A stretch of 64,000 bases of DNA from the human T2T-CHM13v2.0 reference genome, Homo sapiens. Both the position numbers and the translations under genes were made by a program. The notes under the pieces are model-generated. The model saw only the letters and a program-made list of their open reading frames with translations, did no database searches and was not told the origin of the DNA. The stretch lies in assembly GCF_009914755.1 (NCBI RefSeq), contig NC_060927.1; one strand, 5' to 3'. Each line of letters opens with the position of its first letter. The first letter of the stretch is position 1. Below, piece after piece: positions 39,530 to 53,657 of this stretch.

Positions 39530-39905
39530 TCTTTCTGACTGTACTTCAGCTGCCTGGACCTTCCCTTCTTCTCTATCACCCCAAACACTTTCTCTCCTCA
39601 AGGTCTGGGTGTGCTGTGTGCTGTGCCCTCTGATTGGAATGCCCTCTCCTGTTACCTCCCACACATCCTTGCTACTTATCTTCCTATTTATCTGCCCTTC
39701 CCAGCTGACCCCTGTCATCTGCTGGAGCACCCTTCACTTTTTACTCATTGTGCTTAAATACCATTGTGGTTTTTATAGTTATTCAAGGGCTAATTTATTT
39801 ATTGTTTGGCTTTTTCACCTCAACCATGACTGTTCAAAATTCATCCTATGATACAACAGTCAACATATAGCAGGTATTTAATATGTTTTTGGTGAATAAA
39901 TGAGT
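39530..39905 (+). mobile_element. L2 fragment
   Basis: ctgtgccctctgattggaatgccctc...ggtatttaatatgtttttggtgaataaatga. Confidence 0.6.
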
Positions 39906-41089
39906 AAGTGTATGACTCGAGATGCTGATCCATTTGCCTTCTTGGTGGTTTCTATGTCATTATGACTTTTCTTTTGACTTAAACATGGTATCTCCCCTGT
40001 AAGGTTAAGGGTTGAGCAATTATACCAAATCATAAAGTGCTGGATTTGTTCATTAGGGAAAGTCCCGTAGGGTTTTCCTTGAGATCTATCTTTGCTGTTT
40101 ACATCAGCGTCTGAATTCCTCATTTTGTAATTGTTCAAATATCTTGTTTCACTTCGTCTCCATGTGGGCACTGCTGTACCATGCTTATCTGGCACAAAAT
40201 GTTCATCGCACACTATTTGTTGAATAAATGAATGAATGAAGAGAATGCAATCAGAAATGTTCCTTTCCAAATGTATATATCATTGATGGACTGGGCTATC
40301 TTCTGGGAAATTTGCAAGTTTTAGATTGGATCAAATAATGGATCACTCATTTACTTTGATGTCTTCTGAGACAAAGAGTTCATGAAGGGAGTTTGCTTCA
40401 TGGGCTTATGCTTCAGGGGCCTGAGATGTCCAACCTGACTGACATCAGTGCTTTAGAGATGCAAGTGCAACCAGGATGCCTAGTAGGACAATCGGCTGGG
40501 GGAAATCACTAGGGCAGAGTGAGGATGAGCTGCCATTGACTTTAATGAAAGAGACAATCTCTATGGGAAATTCAGGTCAGATGGAAATGACCCACACTGA
40601 GCCTGTGTAGATTTCTATCATGACAACCTTCTGTTATATACCATCTCTTCCCTTTTTAATGTGAGAGCCATGGTTAATTGTTGTCTTTCCACTTCTTGGC
40701 TCTTTACCTTGTCTGCTATAGGACACTGAGAGTAATTACTTGAAAGAATTCCTTTAGTGCAATCCAGAATCCTCAGGCATCTGAGAAACTTTTCTTAAAA
40801 ATTTTAACTCAGCAAAAAGTTAGAAGTTTTTTTTTTTTTCCTGACAAAGCATTTTTTAGATCACCCTAAAATATTTGGATAATGCAGGCAGTGGCACTTC
40901 ACTTCTGCTAGGAATAGGATCTGCTCCATAGCAATGTCTATATATCCATTCATTAATTAATGTATCATATGTGTGTCCAGACTGTATTGATAAGGATATG
41001 TTTTAGATAAAATAATGGCTATAGAGACAACACTGAATCATGTTTTTGGTTTTCTGCTCTGATACCCTCCTTTCTTGTGGCAAGGTCTG

Positions 41090-42245
41090 TTTATCCTTCA
41101 ATTCCATCTTACAGCTTTGTTTGCTGCCACCTCCTTAGTGCAAGCCACCATCATCCCTCATCAAGACTACTCTAACAGCCATCTGATTACTCTCATCCAT
41201 CTGTGCCTCTCTCTAAGCTGCTGTTCTCGGCAACTAGATCCGGAGGGACACTTTCAAATCTCAAATTCTCTCATGTCATTTTCTTTGTTTAAAACATTTC
41301 CAAGGCTTTCCATTTTTCTTAGAATACATTTAACGGACCAGTCTCTCCAGCCACATGGTTCACTGGGCATCTTGTTGCCCTCCATGTTTACCCATACAAA
41401 CTGTCTTTCTACCACAGATGCTTTGTAAATGCTGTTCCTTCTGCCTAGAATGCCCTTTCCTCCCTCCCTCCCATCTTCACCTAGTTTACTCCTATTCACC
41501 CTTCAGATTGTAACTTAGCCATCAGTTGCCTGTTTAGTACCCTGGTTAATTTTATGCGTCAACTTGACGGGCCTTGGGGTGCCCCGGCATTTGGTCAAAC
41601 ATTATTTTGGGTGTGTCTGTGAGGGTGTTTCCGGATGAGATTAACATTTGAATCAATAAACTGAGTAAAGCAGATCTGGCATTCCCTAATATGGGTGGGT
41701 CTAATCCAGTCAACTGAAGATGTGAATAGAACACGACAAGTGAGAAGGAACTCCTCCTGTTTGAGCTGGGACGTTTGGTTTCATCTGGTCTTAGGACTTT
41801 GACTAAAACACTGGCTTTTCTTGGGTCTTGAGCCTGCCAGCTTTCAGACGGGAACTTATATCATTGGCTCTCCTTGTTCTCAGACTTTGGGACTCAGACG
41901 GGCGCTACTACGTATTGACTCTCCTGGATCTCCAGCTTGAGGACGGCAGAACTGAGAACTTCTCAGCCTCCTTAGTTGGATGAACCAATTGCTTATAATA
42001 GATCTCTGGAGAACCCTCACTAATACAACCCACCCTCTCACATACACACACTTTTATCCACTCTTCTAGAGAAGTACTTTGTAGGACATACATATTTGAC
42101 CTTTTACATCTATTTGTGTGATTATTTAATGAAGTCTCTCTCTCCATTACAGTGACTGTCCCAAATGGGCAGAGACAGGGACTTTTCTGAGATTTTACTA
42201 GAGTGTAGCACATAGCACTGTACCAGGCACATATTTGATGATGAG
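41090..42245 (+). mobile_element. L2 LINE split by an MLT2 LTR
   Basis: caagccaccatcatc...gctgttccttctgcctagaatgccc; resumes after 42027. Confidence 0.7.
41537..42027 (+). mobile_element. MLT2B-like ERVL solo LTR
   Basis: ggttaattttatgcgtcaacttgac...ggtcaaacattatt...ggagaaccctcactaataca. Confidence 0.88.
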
Positions 42246-42815
42246 ACAATGACATTACCTCCCACAGGTAAGACCTAGGCCATTGTGGGATATAGAATAC
42301 ACCTTTTCCTAAAGGACTTTTCATGGGATCTTAGTTCAACTGCACCAAGTTAACTTCCTTTTTGTCTTGTCTGATTGAATTTCCCAAATCAAGCTACTTA
42401 GATTCTGCCATGTTTGTGACCTGGTTTCCATTTATAATATTTCTTTGCTGTTCCAGGGTCTCTGCCTTGATAGTCTGCAGTGCATCCCATGAACTCAGTA
42501 TGGAGAAGTTGCCTTGTCCCCATCAATCCAATGGAGTCCATTCATGTCTCCAAACCTTGGCTTAATGATTGTATCCCTGCTGTCTGTTATAGGAACATTT
42601 TTCCCTGACCACCCTATCTGTCACCTCTTGTTAGACCTCCCTTTCACTAACCACAGCCTGAACTCTTACCTGCTGCCATACTCTCAGAAAATCATACCAA
42701 GCCTATTAGCTCAATTTCCTCTAGCTTCCATTACCAAAACCAGGGTTTTCAAATACATGGTCTCTTCTGGGAAATAAATCCCTTTGCCAACCTGGAAATG
42801 CCCAAGATGCCCTAG

Positions 42816-43150
<335 letters not shown>

Positions 43151-43479
43151 ACTCAAGTTCTTCTATCACATTTTAACAGTTTCTCTGCAGGTCAACCTGA
43201 CATTCATTTGGACTCATCCAAAAAGAACAGCATGTTCCCTTTGATGTCTGCATTTTCCAGAATAAATGACTTTCTCTCCCTTAATTTCTACTTTTAGAAT
43301 CTTAATGAGCATTGAGTTTTGGAGACAGTGACCTTGTTTTCAAGTGTAGGAATTAATTACTTTAAAAATGTCACTGTTTAAAGGAATATCAGCACCCTGT
43401 TCTCACTCATGAATTATCACCACATAAAATCTCACAAAGATTATATGAATCTCTTCCAACAAAATGGTTTGCCTTTTTA

Positions 43480-43988
<509 letters not shown>

Positions 43989-44768
43989 TGAGTACTGTCA
44001 AAAAGAAAAAAAAAAAAAGCTGGCACCCTGTCATATATCTGTTTGTTTATGTACTATACTGATATAGTAAGTGTGTTATAAATGATACCTCAAAAACGGA
44101 AATTTTAAAAGTGTAGAGAAAGGATATATATAAACAGAGTTATATTTGCTTGCCATATTACACAGGGGTCATTCTGCATACCCCACAGGCTGTAAGCACT
44201 CTACTTTGAAAACTAATGTTTTATAGGATGCAGATTATTACGTTTACCTCTAAGATTGACGTGTTCTATTCTAGCAGAGAATGAATACTAGCTGAGATGG
44301 GTTACAGGATAAATCTTGTTGAAGGTGATAAGGGGAGATCTAGGTGCGAGGAACTTGAAGGAAGGATTCTGGGTGTGCAAGAGACAGTTTGAGGGCATTG
44401 AGACCCAACTTAGTGTGTGGGGGGAGTCAGAGGTGGCACAGGGAAGCAATTCTGAGAGGTGCATTGTTTCTGAAGGACAGGGGAGGGCCACCAGACTGCT
44501 TCTTGCAGAACTGAGAATTGTATGCTGTCTCATGTATATTCTCTCTCTTTCCTGTTCCCTGTATTGTGCTGCTCAAAGTGTCAGTGGTCAGAGGCCCAGG
44601 GCCAAACCACAAACTGTTGTCCCAGTGGCCCATGTCAAGATAAGTGTAGAAATCGAGAGCGTTTAGGCATTTTTAGAGCAATTTGCCCTTGCTGTGACAT
44701 CTAGTAATTAATATTTTTGTGTGTTTGCAGAAGTATTGGTCTGCTATAAATTGGACATTTAAAAATTT

Positions 44769-45180
44769 GTGAAATAAGCCAGACACAGAAAAATATTGCA
44801 GGATCTCATTTAGTGGAATGTAAAAAATAAATAAAAAAAAAAAAAGTCAAACCACACATAGAGAATAAAACAATAGTTACCAGAATGTCGGGGAGGGGAA
44901 GAAACAGAAAGATGTAAGTCAAAGAATGCAAAGTAGCAGATGTATAGGATGAAGAAGTAGAAAGAGCTAATGTAAAACATGAGGACTATAGTCGATAATG
45001 GTGTATTGTAGTCACGATTTCTGCTAAATGAGAAGATTAAAGGGGCTATTGCCCCGGGGTAAAAATGGGTATCTGTATGAAATAATGGATATGTTAATTT
45101 GTTCCACTATAATCATTTTACTACATATATAACATCATGTTGTATACTTTAAACATACACAATAAAATTTATTTAAAAAA
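44769..45180 (+). mobile_element. L1MA-type 3' UTR
   Basis: gtgaaataagccagacacagaaa...catgaggactatag...aacatcatgttgtatac...aataaaa. Confidence 0.82.
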
Positions 45181-45455
45181 CATAGACTGTTTTTCTATAA
45201 AATTGTGAACTGGTCTTTAACTCTAGATAGTTTTTGAAGCACTGTTCCATATGATGCGTAGGCTGAATTCTCCCACCTTTGCTTCAGTCCTAGGGCCCAG
45301 GAGCTGCAATGGGCCATTCTCATCTGAAGGAATTGCCTCAGCTTGTTAGAGGACTGGCATGAAAGGAACAATCGTGATAGTGGGCATAACACATAAACCC
45401 TCTGGGACTCCCTTTGGTCATCCACAAATGGCAGTAAAGAGATGAGCGCCTCCTT

Positions 45456-45698
45456 GTTCTCACTCACAGGTGGGAATTGAACAATGAGAACACTTGGACA
45501 CAGGGTAGGGAACATCACACACTGGAGCCTGTGGCAGGGCGGTGGGGTGGTCTGAGGGAGGGATAGCTTTAGGAGAAATACCTAATGGAAATGACGAGCT
45601 GATGGGTGCAGCAAACCAACATGGCACATGTATACCTATGCAACAAACCTGCATGTTGTGTACATGTACCCTAGAACTTAAAGTATTATAATAAAAAA
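45456..45698 (+). mobile_element. 5'-truncated L1PA5/6-like 3' end
   Basis: catgtaccctagaacttaaagta then A tail. 20-bp TSD aaaga(g/a)atgagcgcctcctt (45436-45455 / 45699-45718). Confidence 0.96.
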
Positions 45699-45969
45699 AA
45701 AGAAATGAGCGCCTCCTTTACTGGATACAGCTGCTACTTTCTTAGGAAAGTTAGGCTTACAACTAAGGAGGCAGATATCCCAACTGTTAGCATCCAGGAG
45801 ATGTTTAAAGAGCTTAATAGTCACATTTTTGTTGCACCACAGCCTGAGCTTCTAGAAGCTTCTTTTCCTGAATTTCTCCCTAATTACAACCTGCTTACCT
45901 GGCTACAGGGCAGAGAAGGCCAGGATGATAAAGCTATTGGGGTTGCTAAATTTAGAATCTAATAGCATT

Positions 45970-46130
45970 GTGTCAGATCTCAGCTTGGTGACCTCCTAGC
46001 TAGTGACACAACTTCTCTGAACCTCAGCTTTTTAATTTTACAATGGGCATAGTGATTTCTATCTAAAATGTTTTAGTGGGGGAATAAATGTGTTTATTTT
46101 TATAAAGCACTTAGCTCTGTGAAAATCTGT
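45970..46130 (+). mobile_element. MIR SINE
   Basis: ctagctagtgac...acttctctgaacctcag...taaagcacttagc. Confidence 0.6.
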
Positions 46131-46469
46131 AGAACATTTAAAGTGCATTGTACTGTCATTATCATGCTTTTTATTTATTCAGTAAATAGTTGAGCAAGTA
46201 CAATCTGCTGGGAATTGTACTCATTCCTGAGGGAGCCATAATGAGAAATCAAGCATCTTACTGTACCTAAGAAATTTATGATCTAGGTGACCTCAATGCA
46301 ACTCATTTCCAACACCTTCACGTTCCTAACGAGACTGTAAATCCTGTGTGGTCAGGAAACACATCTGATTCATCTCTGAATCTGCAGTGGGTAGCCTAGT
46401 GTGGGCCTGTGGAAAGTACTCAAGAAATTCACGTGGAACAGAATGCCATCATCTTCCAAGTCTTGGTTT

Positions 46470-46845
46470 GACTTGATACAAGGGTTTAAAAACAAGTGTT
46501 TATTTAGGAAATGATCCCAAGTAACAGCCATCGGGGTGTGGAGGAGTGTGAGAGAACAGGGAAAGGAGCCATTTAGGGATGTTTTATCTATAGCACACTA
46601 GAACCTAATCCTGTTGGGGACATCTTGGGAGATACAGCAGTGAGAGAGAACTGGAATATTTATCCATCAACTACCATTGGTTGAGAGCTTCTTGGGGAGG
46701 AACATTAATCTAGCATTTTTGCCCTGCCTTTATGGCTGCAGGAAAGTCTCTGGCACCAAATCACAGAGGCTGGCAGTTGAAAGTCAGCCTGCTTGCATGG
46801 CAATGGTAGGCACCATGAGGATATGGGTGGGACACACATCTTCAC
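46470..46845 (-). mobile_element. LTR16-like ERVL LTR fragment
   Basis: tttatttaggaaatgatcccaag...gagaacagggaaaggagcca. Confidence 0.5.
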
Positions 46846-47384
46846 TCCATTTCTCAGCTCAAGTCTACCACCCGGGCCGGTTTTCCCAGATTCCCAGAAA
46901 TCTGTCTTGCTCAGTGTTGTCCCCCTCCTCCACACTGGGAATATCCATAACACACTCGTGCCTATACTTGTCTTCTCCCAGCACTCCAGCTTATACTGAT
47001 TCTTTCTTCTTCTCAGTTCCTTGTTCATTTATTTATTAATATTTTTAAATAGCTCTCCCTTTGGCACAGACCCGCACAAAGTTATTTCAATGCTGTATGT
47101 GGGTGTCTCACCTTCCCACATCCGTGTGAACTCCTGAGGACAGATACCATGAGTTATTCATTTTCTGTTCTTGCCACATTGCCCACAACCAGAAAGTCTG
47201 CAAGAAATTAAACTTAGGGCTGAATTTAACTTTGCGATGAAAGACTGGTGATCTGTGCTTCTCAGCTTCTGCTTTTTCAGCCACATTTTCTGCTCTGACT
47301 TGACTAAGCTGACAATTTGCAATTTTATTGATTCTAAAGTATTTTGATGAGAATCATGACTGCCACAGCCACAGCGGGTAGCTG

Positions 47385-47600
47385 TCATTTATTCAGCACA
47401 TATGTGCTTCGCATTGTGCACTTAATATATTCTCTCATGTGATCCTCATAACAAAGCTAGTGTCATCATTTTACCGATGGGAAAACCGAATCTAAATAAT
47501 CAAATGACTTACCTAAGATCATATAATTAGCAGAAGGGCAATAATTTAAACTCAGGACTAACCTAGAATTCTAGACTTTTAACTATTGTACTATATGTCT
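47385..47600 (-). mobile_element. MIR SINE
   Basis: cattttaccgatgggaaaaccga...tgacttacctaagatcata. Confidence 0.65.
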
Positions 47601-47798
47601 CCCAAATATAAGAAACAGTAAGAAATACTGAAAATAACCAATTCATTATTTCATTCCCCTATCAGTTCAACTGTCCAACTAAGAAGTATCCAAATTCAGT
47701 GAGTTTATATTGTCTTTAGACTTTGTTAGTCAAGACAAATGAGACTTATTCTTGGAGATGAAGTGCAGAAACATTCTCAGGGACCCCCTCAGCGTCTA

Positions 47799-48322
47799 AG
47801 TTACCATTATCCACAAGGCAGGTGGGTTCGATTGCCTGCCGGGTGACAGTCCAATGACCACAACCAAGGAAGATTTAACAAGGGGACTTTATTACTTGCA
47901 ACAAGCGAGGACACCAGGAATAGTTCCCAAAGTGGTGCCTCCCTGAGCAAAGGTGAAAACAGGGCTTTCATTGGGCTAGTTAGTTAGCTGAGTTAAGTTA
48001 GTTAGTACGTAAAGGTGGAGAAGGCAGTGCAGACGCAGTTGCTGATCATGCTTCTAGACAGGGCGCATGTATGGACAATGGAGAATAAGCTCCTCCTCTG
48101 GTGGGGTTTTTAGTATGGAAATGAGGGGAGTTTGCCAAACCTCATCTCCAGCTGAAGTATCTGAGGATCCAACCCGTTTTTTTTGTTTTGCTGGAGGTGG
48201 GCTTCTTCCCGGAACTTTTCTGAAACAAGAACTCAAGGTGTATCAGTTACAGGTGGGTACTTTCACCTGTAACTTTTCCCAGTTACAGTGTGTGCTGGGA
48301 AACCCAAGGACCCTGGCTTACA
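47799..48322 (-). mobile_element. ERV1-class solo LTR (subfamily not assigned)
   Basis: Minus strand starts TGTAAGCCAGGGTCC. Contains TATA-like CATACTAAAAACCCC and an AATAAA poly(A) signal; ends near ...GGTAAC. Confidence 0.65.
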
Positions 48323-50454
48323 TTGCCTTTCTCTTTTCTTTGTTTTCTGGCCCTGCAACTCCAAAGACAAGCCCATCTAGTTTGAGGACTAGAAAACATT
48401 GCCTCCGATATCACATATCTTCCGAAATCGTTTGTTTATGTCTAGGTTTTGGATTTCATAAACACAGAAACATGTATTGTTACAACATGAAGAAAATATT
48501 TCCTTATCCATGTGGGAGTATTTTCTCCTTGTCCCTGAAGCTCAGTCTGAATGGCTCAGGCCCGCTTTAGGTTTCAGCTCTTTCTTCTCCCTTCCATATC
48601 CTCCATTACCTAGAGAATCATCATTTATCGTGGGAGGTGCAAAGTCTTGCTCTGAGTCATCATATGTGTTCCCAAAACCATTGTCTCCGCTGGGACATTT
48701 TATTTTCCCTGCAGGATCTAAACTCTCGAAAGGCAAAGCCAGGAAGAGCTGTTTTGTTTCTCTGCTCGTCCTCCACATCCTTGAAGCCGGGATTGGTGAA
48801 GCTAGACTTATCTGGCTCAATAAGGAAATGGCTCTTGGATACAAGATAATATGAGATTAAAAAAAAAAAAACTGCACCAACTAATATTTTAGAAAAGAAT
48901 GGCTCATGTTTGTATTTACGTGTTTGTGAACATGTGTGTTCATGATAACAGATTAGCTTATTGGTCCTTCTTACACAAGGCAGGGAATAAAAGGCAAAAG
49001 TAATTCAAGTCATACATTGTTTAATTTCAGTTTTGTGTAGCTTGTTGAATTGTTGCAAAGCCAGCTGCTTTATCTCATAGGCCTTATTTTTGTACTATAA
49101 TACCAGCATTCAAATGCTCTGACCCCGAATGTTTGCTCAGTATGGAATGTGGAGTTAAATCTTGTCTGAAATTTCATTAGAAGACAGTCTAATTAGCCTG
49201 AATCAGAAGCCACCTTCCAAATAGCGTATTCAAAAACGTTAGTGAGTTATCTAGAATTTTCTAAAAGGAAAACATGATTTATTGACTTCAGAGCATTTTT
49301 CTTGGTGCAATAGAGAATTACAGCAGCCTTGTTTGAATAGCTATTATTAAGATTGCTTTGCTGTTTTGGAGACAGATCCCTATTTACTAGATTTTTGAAT
49401 GGGAAAAAAAAATCCTGCTTTGGTAAGCCCTTAAGTGTAAAGGATCACAGAGTGATAAATGCCAAGGTGATTTTTTAAAAAATGTAATATGTGGTTCGTT
49501 GAACTTTCCTAGCTGTCAGTATGTGAAGAAATCCCAGTGTCAGATATTAAGCGAGCATTTTCTGTATATAAGTCACACATTTCAAATGGGTATTTTTCAG
49601 CCCATTAATCTGTAACAGTGTGTTGGAAAATTTGAAAATGACCAACTACTGGTTTAGTTTGCACCTCACTAAATTGTCCGCAAGGATTAACTAGAAAAAC
49701 CTGCCCATCAGAAACCCCCCGCCCCCGCCCACTCTCCCTGCCCACAATCACACAAGCACACACACTCCCCTTCCAGGATTGCCTCAGCACAGGCCCCAGG
49801 TAAGCATTTCCACTGAAATGATAGCCAGTCCTGGCTTCAGATCATCCATTACAGGCTATCACCTGTGAATCTTCACACTGGGAAGGTTTTCCTACCCAGT
49901 TTTAATGGCTGTTTTCAGAACTATTGACATTTACCAAGTCAAGGGCAATCTGTCTTTTAAAGAAGTGCCAAAATAGCCTTGCACTTGGGTCCCAAACGTG
50001 CTGGGAAGGGGGATTAACGTTATAGGAGGAGAGGAGGCACAGAAAGTAGAGGTGGAGAAACATAGAGCTTAGCTGGGATTCTGTGTCAAAGATGGTATTC
50101 TATGAGTGGGAAATCTTGAGGTGAATGCTGCCAAGTCCTTACCTTCCAGTAGAGAAATGGGCTTAACTTGGGCACTTAAAGTGTATTTGGGGACTTTTTC
50201 TTCTGGATAGCTATATATTCTCTGAAATTAAAGGAAAATAAGGATGGAAATGACTTTCTTTGGTGTTTATTGTTGCTGTATCTCTGTGGTATGGCCAATA
50301 TTTTGTCTTTTTGAAAAAAAATTTCTTTCATTTTTTTCCCACAAATATTTATGAAGTACCTATTACTGTAATCAGACATTGTGCCAAACTTTGGAGATAA
50401 AGTAGTAAGCACAGTAGTCTCTTCTCTTATGGAACAAGATATTCTAGAAACAAG

Positions 50455-50754
50455 TTTTTTTTTTTTTTTTTTGAGTTGGCGTCTTGCTCTGTCGCCCAGG
50501 CTGGAGTGCAGTGGCACGATCTCAGCTCACTGCAACCTCTGGCCTCCTGGGTTCAAGCGATTCTCCTGCCTCGGCCTCCCAAGTAGCTGGGATTACAGGT
50601 ATGCACCACCACACTCAGCTGATTTCTGTATTTTTAGTAGAGACAGGGTTTCACTATATTGGCGAGGCTGGTCTTGAACCCCTGACCTCAGTGATCAGCC
50701 CACCTTAGCTTCCTAAAGTGCTGGGATTACAGACATGAGCCACCATAGCCAGCC
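50455..50754 (-). mobile_element. AluS
   Basis: Poly-T plus full dimer. Degenerate TSD tctagaaacaa / tctaggaccaa. Confidence 0.96.
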
Positions 50755-50839
50755 TCTAGGACCAAATATTTTATCAGTGGAAACATCTATTGAGGAAAGT
50801 GCATCTGGGTAAGAAACAGAAAGCAAAATTTCACCAGTG

Positions 50840-51160
50840 TCTATGATGGGCCAGGTACTGCTCAAGTCACTGTGCTTACATCGTGTTACTAAATTCTCAA
50901 AAAAATGCAGAGACACAGGAATCATTCTTCCTATTTTACAGACAGGTAACCAGATGGAAGGACAACTACAAAAACGACCAATATTTATTGAGCCCTTATC
51001 ATATGCCTACCACTGTGCTGCAAACTTACATGACTTAGCTTATCCAACCCTCTTTACAGTCTTGAAAGCTAATGTTATGGTCCCCATTTTAATGGGGATG
51101 AAACTTGGACAGTCACAATGCTATTAGATTGAGAAGCTGGGTTTTAAAATCACGAATGCA
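50840..51160 (-). mobile_element. Two adjacent MIR fragments
   Basis: cctattttacagacagg and tccccattttaatggggatgaaact cores. Confidence 0.55.
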
Positions 51161-51885
51161 GAGATTTTTCTGTCTGCGAGTGACTAACTCTGGACAGAGG
51201 CTTATCAATAGGAAATAGCCAGACTGTCATAGTACTTGCTGGTGATCCTGGGTCAATGAGTGATTTCTTTGCCTTGCATCTTCCTGCAGGCAGATCCCTG
51301 TCTTATTAAGAAACTGAATTAACAGTCAAAAATTCTAGAAGTGTAGCATGGGTAAAGCATACTTGATAGAGTTAAGCAGTTATACAGTATAGATGAGCAT
51401 GCAAACACACACACACGCACCCTTGTGTAGATGTAAATGTGGAGCCAGGGTACTGGACATGGTGGTGACACTGCAGAGTACATGGTGAGTGTGAAATTAG
51501 ATTATCAAAAGGAATTAATCTGAAGAATGTCAGAGCTGGAAGGAGATTACATTAGAGAGATTCTAGTCCACCCTCTTTGTTTTACATATGGGACAATTCC
51601 TTAAGAGATGAGTTACTAAGGGAAAGTGTTTTCTTGAACAGCCCATCTTTGAATATTGCTCCCAATGGTGAAGAGGCAATTCAGACAAAATTCCTTTGAC
51701 TTATACCTTCATCTTCTGTTCCATTGTTGTGTGTGTGGCCTGAGGACGTCACTCAAATTCTCAGTGTGCAATGAGAAGGGAAGCAGTTATGAGGTGACTC
51801 AAAGCTGTGCTTTTAATTGTCTCAATGACCCAAGCAAGGGGAAATTATCCTTCAGGACTAAAATATTGCTTTGATCAAGCCACTC

Positions 51886-52054
51886 ACAGTTCCCAAACTT
51901 TACAGCTCATTGGAGTCACCTGGAGATCTTTTCAAAAACTGCTACTTGACTCCCACCCCAAGGCACTCTGATTTGATTGGAATAGAGTGTGGCAAGGCAT
52001 CGGGAGTCTTAAAATCTCCCGATTCTAATATGAAGCAGAGTGTGGAAACCACTG
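51886..52054. mobile_element. MER5B-like element
   Basis: cacagttcccaaactt...gagtcacctggag...ctctgatttgattgg...gaaaccactg. Confidence 0.7.
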
Positions 52055-53480
52055 TCCTACCTGCTTAAACACTTCCAGTGGCTACATATTGCCATCCAAT
52101 ATCTAATAGTATAACCTAATGTTAATTGAATGCCCACCAGGGTGTCAGACAGTGCTCCATTTTTTTTTTTCATTTAATGGCCACATGCATTTTGTGCTGG
52201 CAGCTACTTTTATGACATCTGCTTAGCAGATGAGAAAACTGAAGATCAGAGGACTCATACAACTTGTCCAGGGCTACACAATTAATGAGCGGCAGCAGTG
52301 GGATGGCAGTACTATAAGTTTCTCGGTCATGTTGCTTTAGTACAATGACATAAAGACTGATTTCCAAGCCTCTTCAGAGTCCATCTCCAACATACCTTCC
52401 TCACCTTATCTCTCAAAGCATACATGTACACAGTCTTCCTGATACAACTTGTGAGATTAACTGATCTCTATGTGCATATGGACTTATTCTTACTCAGCTA
52501 TATTTTGGTAGCCCAAGAGTATCTGGAATTGCATTGACTTTGGCAAGAGTATTTTCTAGTGTAGGAAGAGGAGTTTGGGATGTGGCAGTTACTATGAGTT
52601 GTCATTCCTGTGACTACTGATTCCCATCCTCCTTTCTATTAGAACCTTCGTTTTATCTACCTTCCTTCCACTGGACAGGTGCTTAAGGGAATTTGACCTC
52701 TGCCATAGCTTCCAGGGTGAATCAGGCCAGTAACTGTTTAAGTATGGGAAGATACTCAGATTCTAGGTAATGAGACATGAGGGGAAAAGAGCTGAGTGGG
52801 TTTCTTTCACTCTTAAAAAAAGAATGTGTTATATTGTATGTATGGCAAATTGCTTAAAAAATACATCACTATAACAAAAGTTGTGTGTTTGTGTAAGGTA
52901 GCTTTATACCTGATGTACCTCCAAAGCAAATCCACATTATAGAGTAGCATATGTAATCACTTCAAATATGGTTACTGAAGTTTATATAAGAAGGTTTCCA
53001 AGTAAGTAGAAAAGAGGTTGGAAATAACTGTTCATTGGGGATAGACACAATAAGTTGACTAGAGAGTTATGTCTCTTCCAAAGTAAAGTAACTAGCTAGC
53101 CCAGATGTCTAATAACCTTGTAATGGCACTCAAGGTCTAGATCTCTGTTAGTTCTGTTTTCGATCCTCAGCATCACAGTAAGCCCTGTTGTATGATTTAA
53201 CTATATGGTTGACTGGTCATGCCTTCAAACTACTGGTGCAGCCACCACCTTGGAGAGAAATTTTCGCATAAGGTCCTTGTTGGAATGGCTGAGCGTATGT
53301 ACCTAAAAGATTTTATAACTGTTTTTGTACCTGACTGGTAGTATTTCTGAATTGTGTCAGTCCTGAGGTTAACTGATTTTGTGATTTCTTGCTATTTGAG
53401 ATAGCTTTCTCCATGTTTTAAGCCAATTTTGGCTGGGTTTATTTGCAACCCAAAGAATTCTGACATACGGTTCTTATGAA

Positions 53481-53657
53481 CAGGGTCAGATACTTAATTT
53501 GTGGGGTTCACTATAGAATGGAACACGGGGCTTTTAATTAAAAAATTATTAAGAATTTCAAGACAGTGGCAACAGTCTATTAAACTAAATGAGGGATTCT
53601 TCAAAGCGCAGGAGTATGTGCGAATGTCTAGATTGCATGCCCAAAAAGTTGGCACTG
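53481..53657 (-). mobile_element. MER45A hAT-Tip100 element
   Basis: taatttgtgggg...aaaaattattaagaatttcaagacagtggcaacag matches the MER45A reverse complement. Confidence 0.75.

Noticed and set aside
48067-48570. Longest ORF in the window (167 aa)
   Set aside because: Starts antisense within an LTR, has no recognisable domain and random composition.
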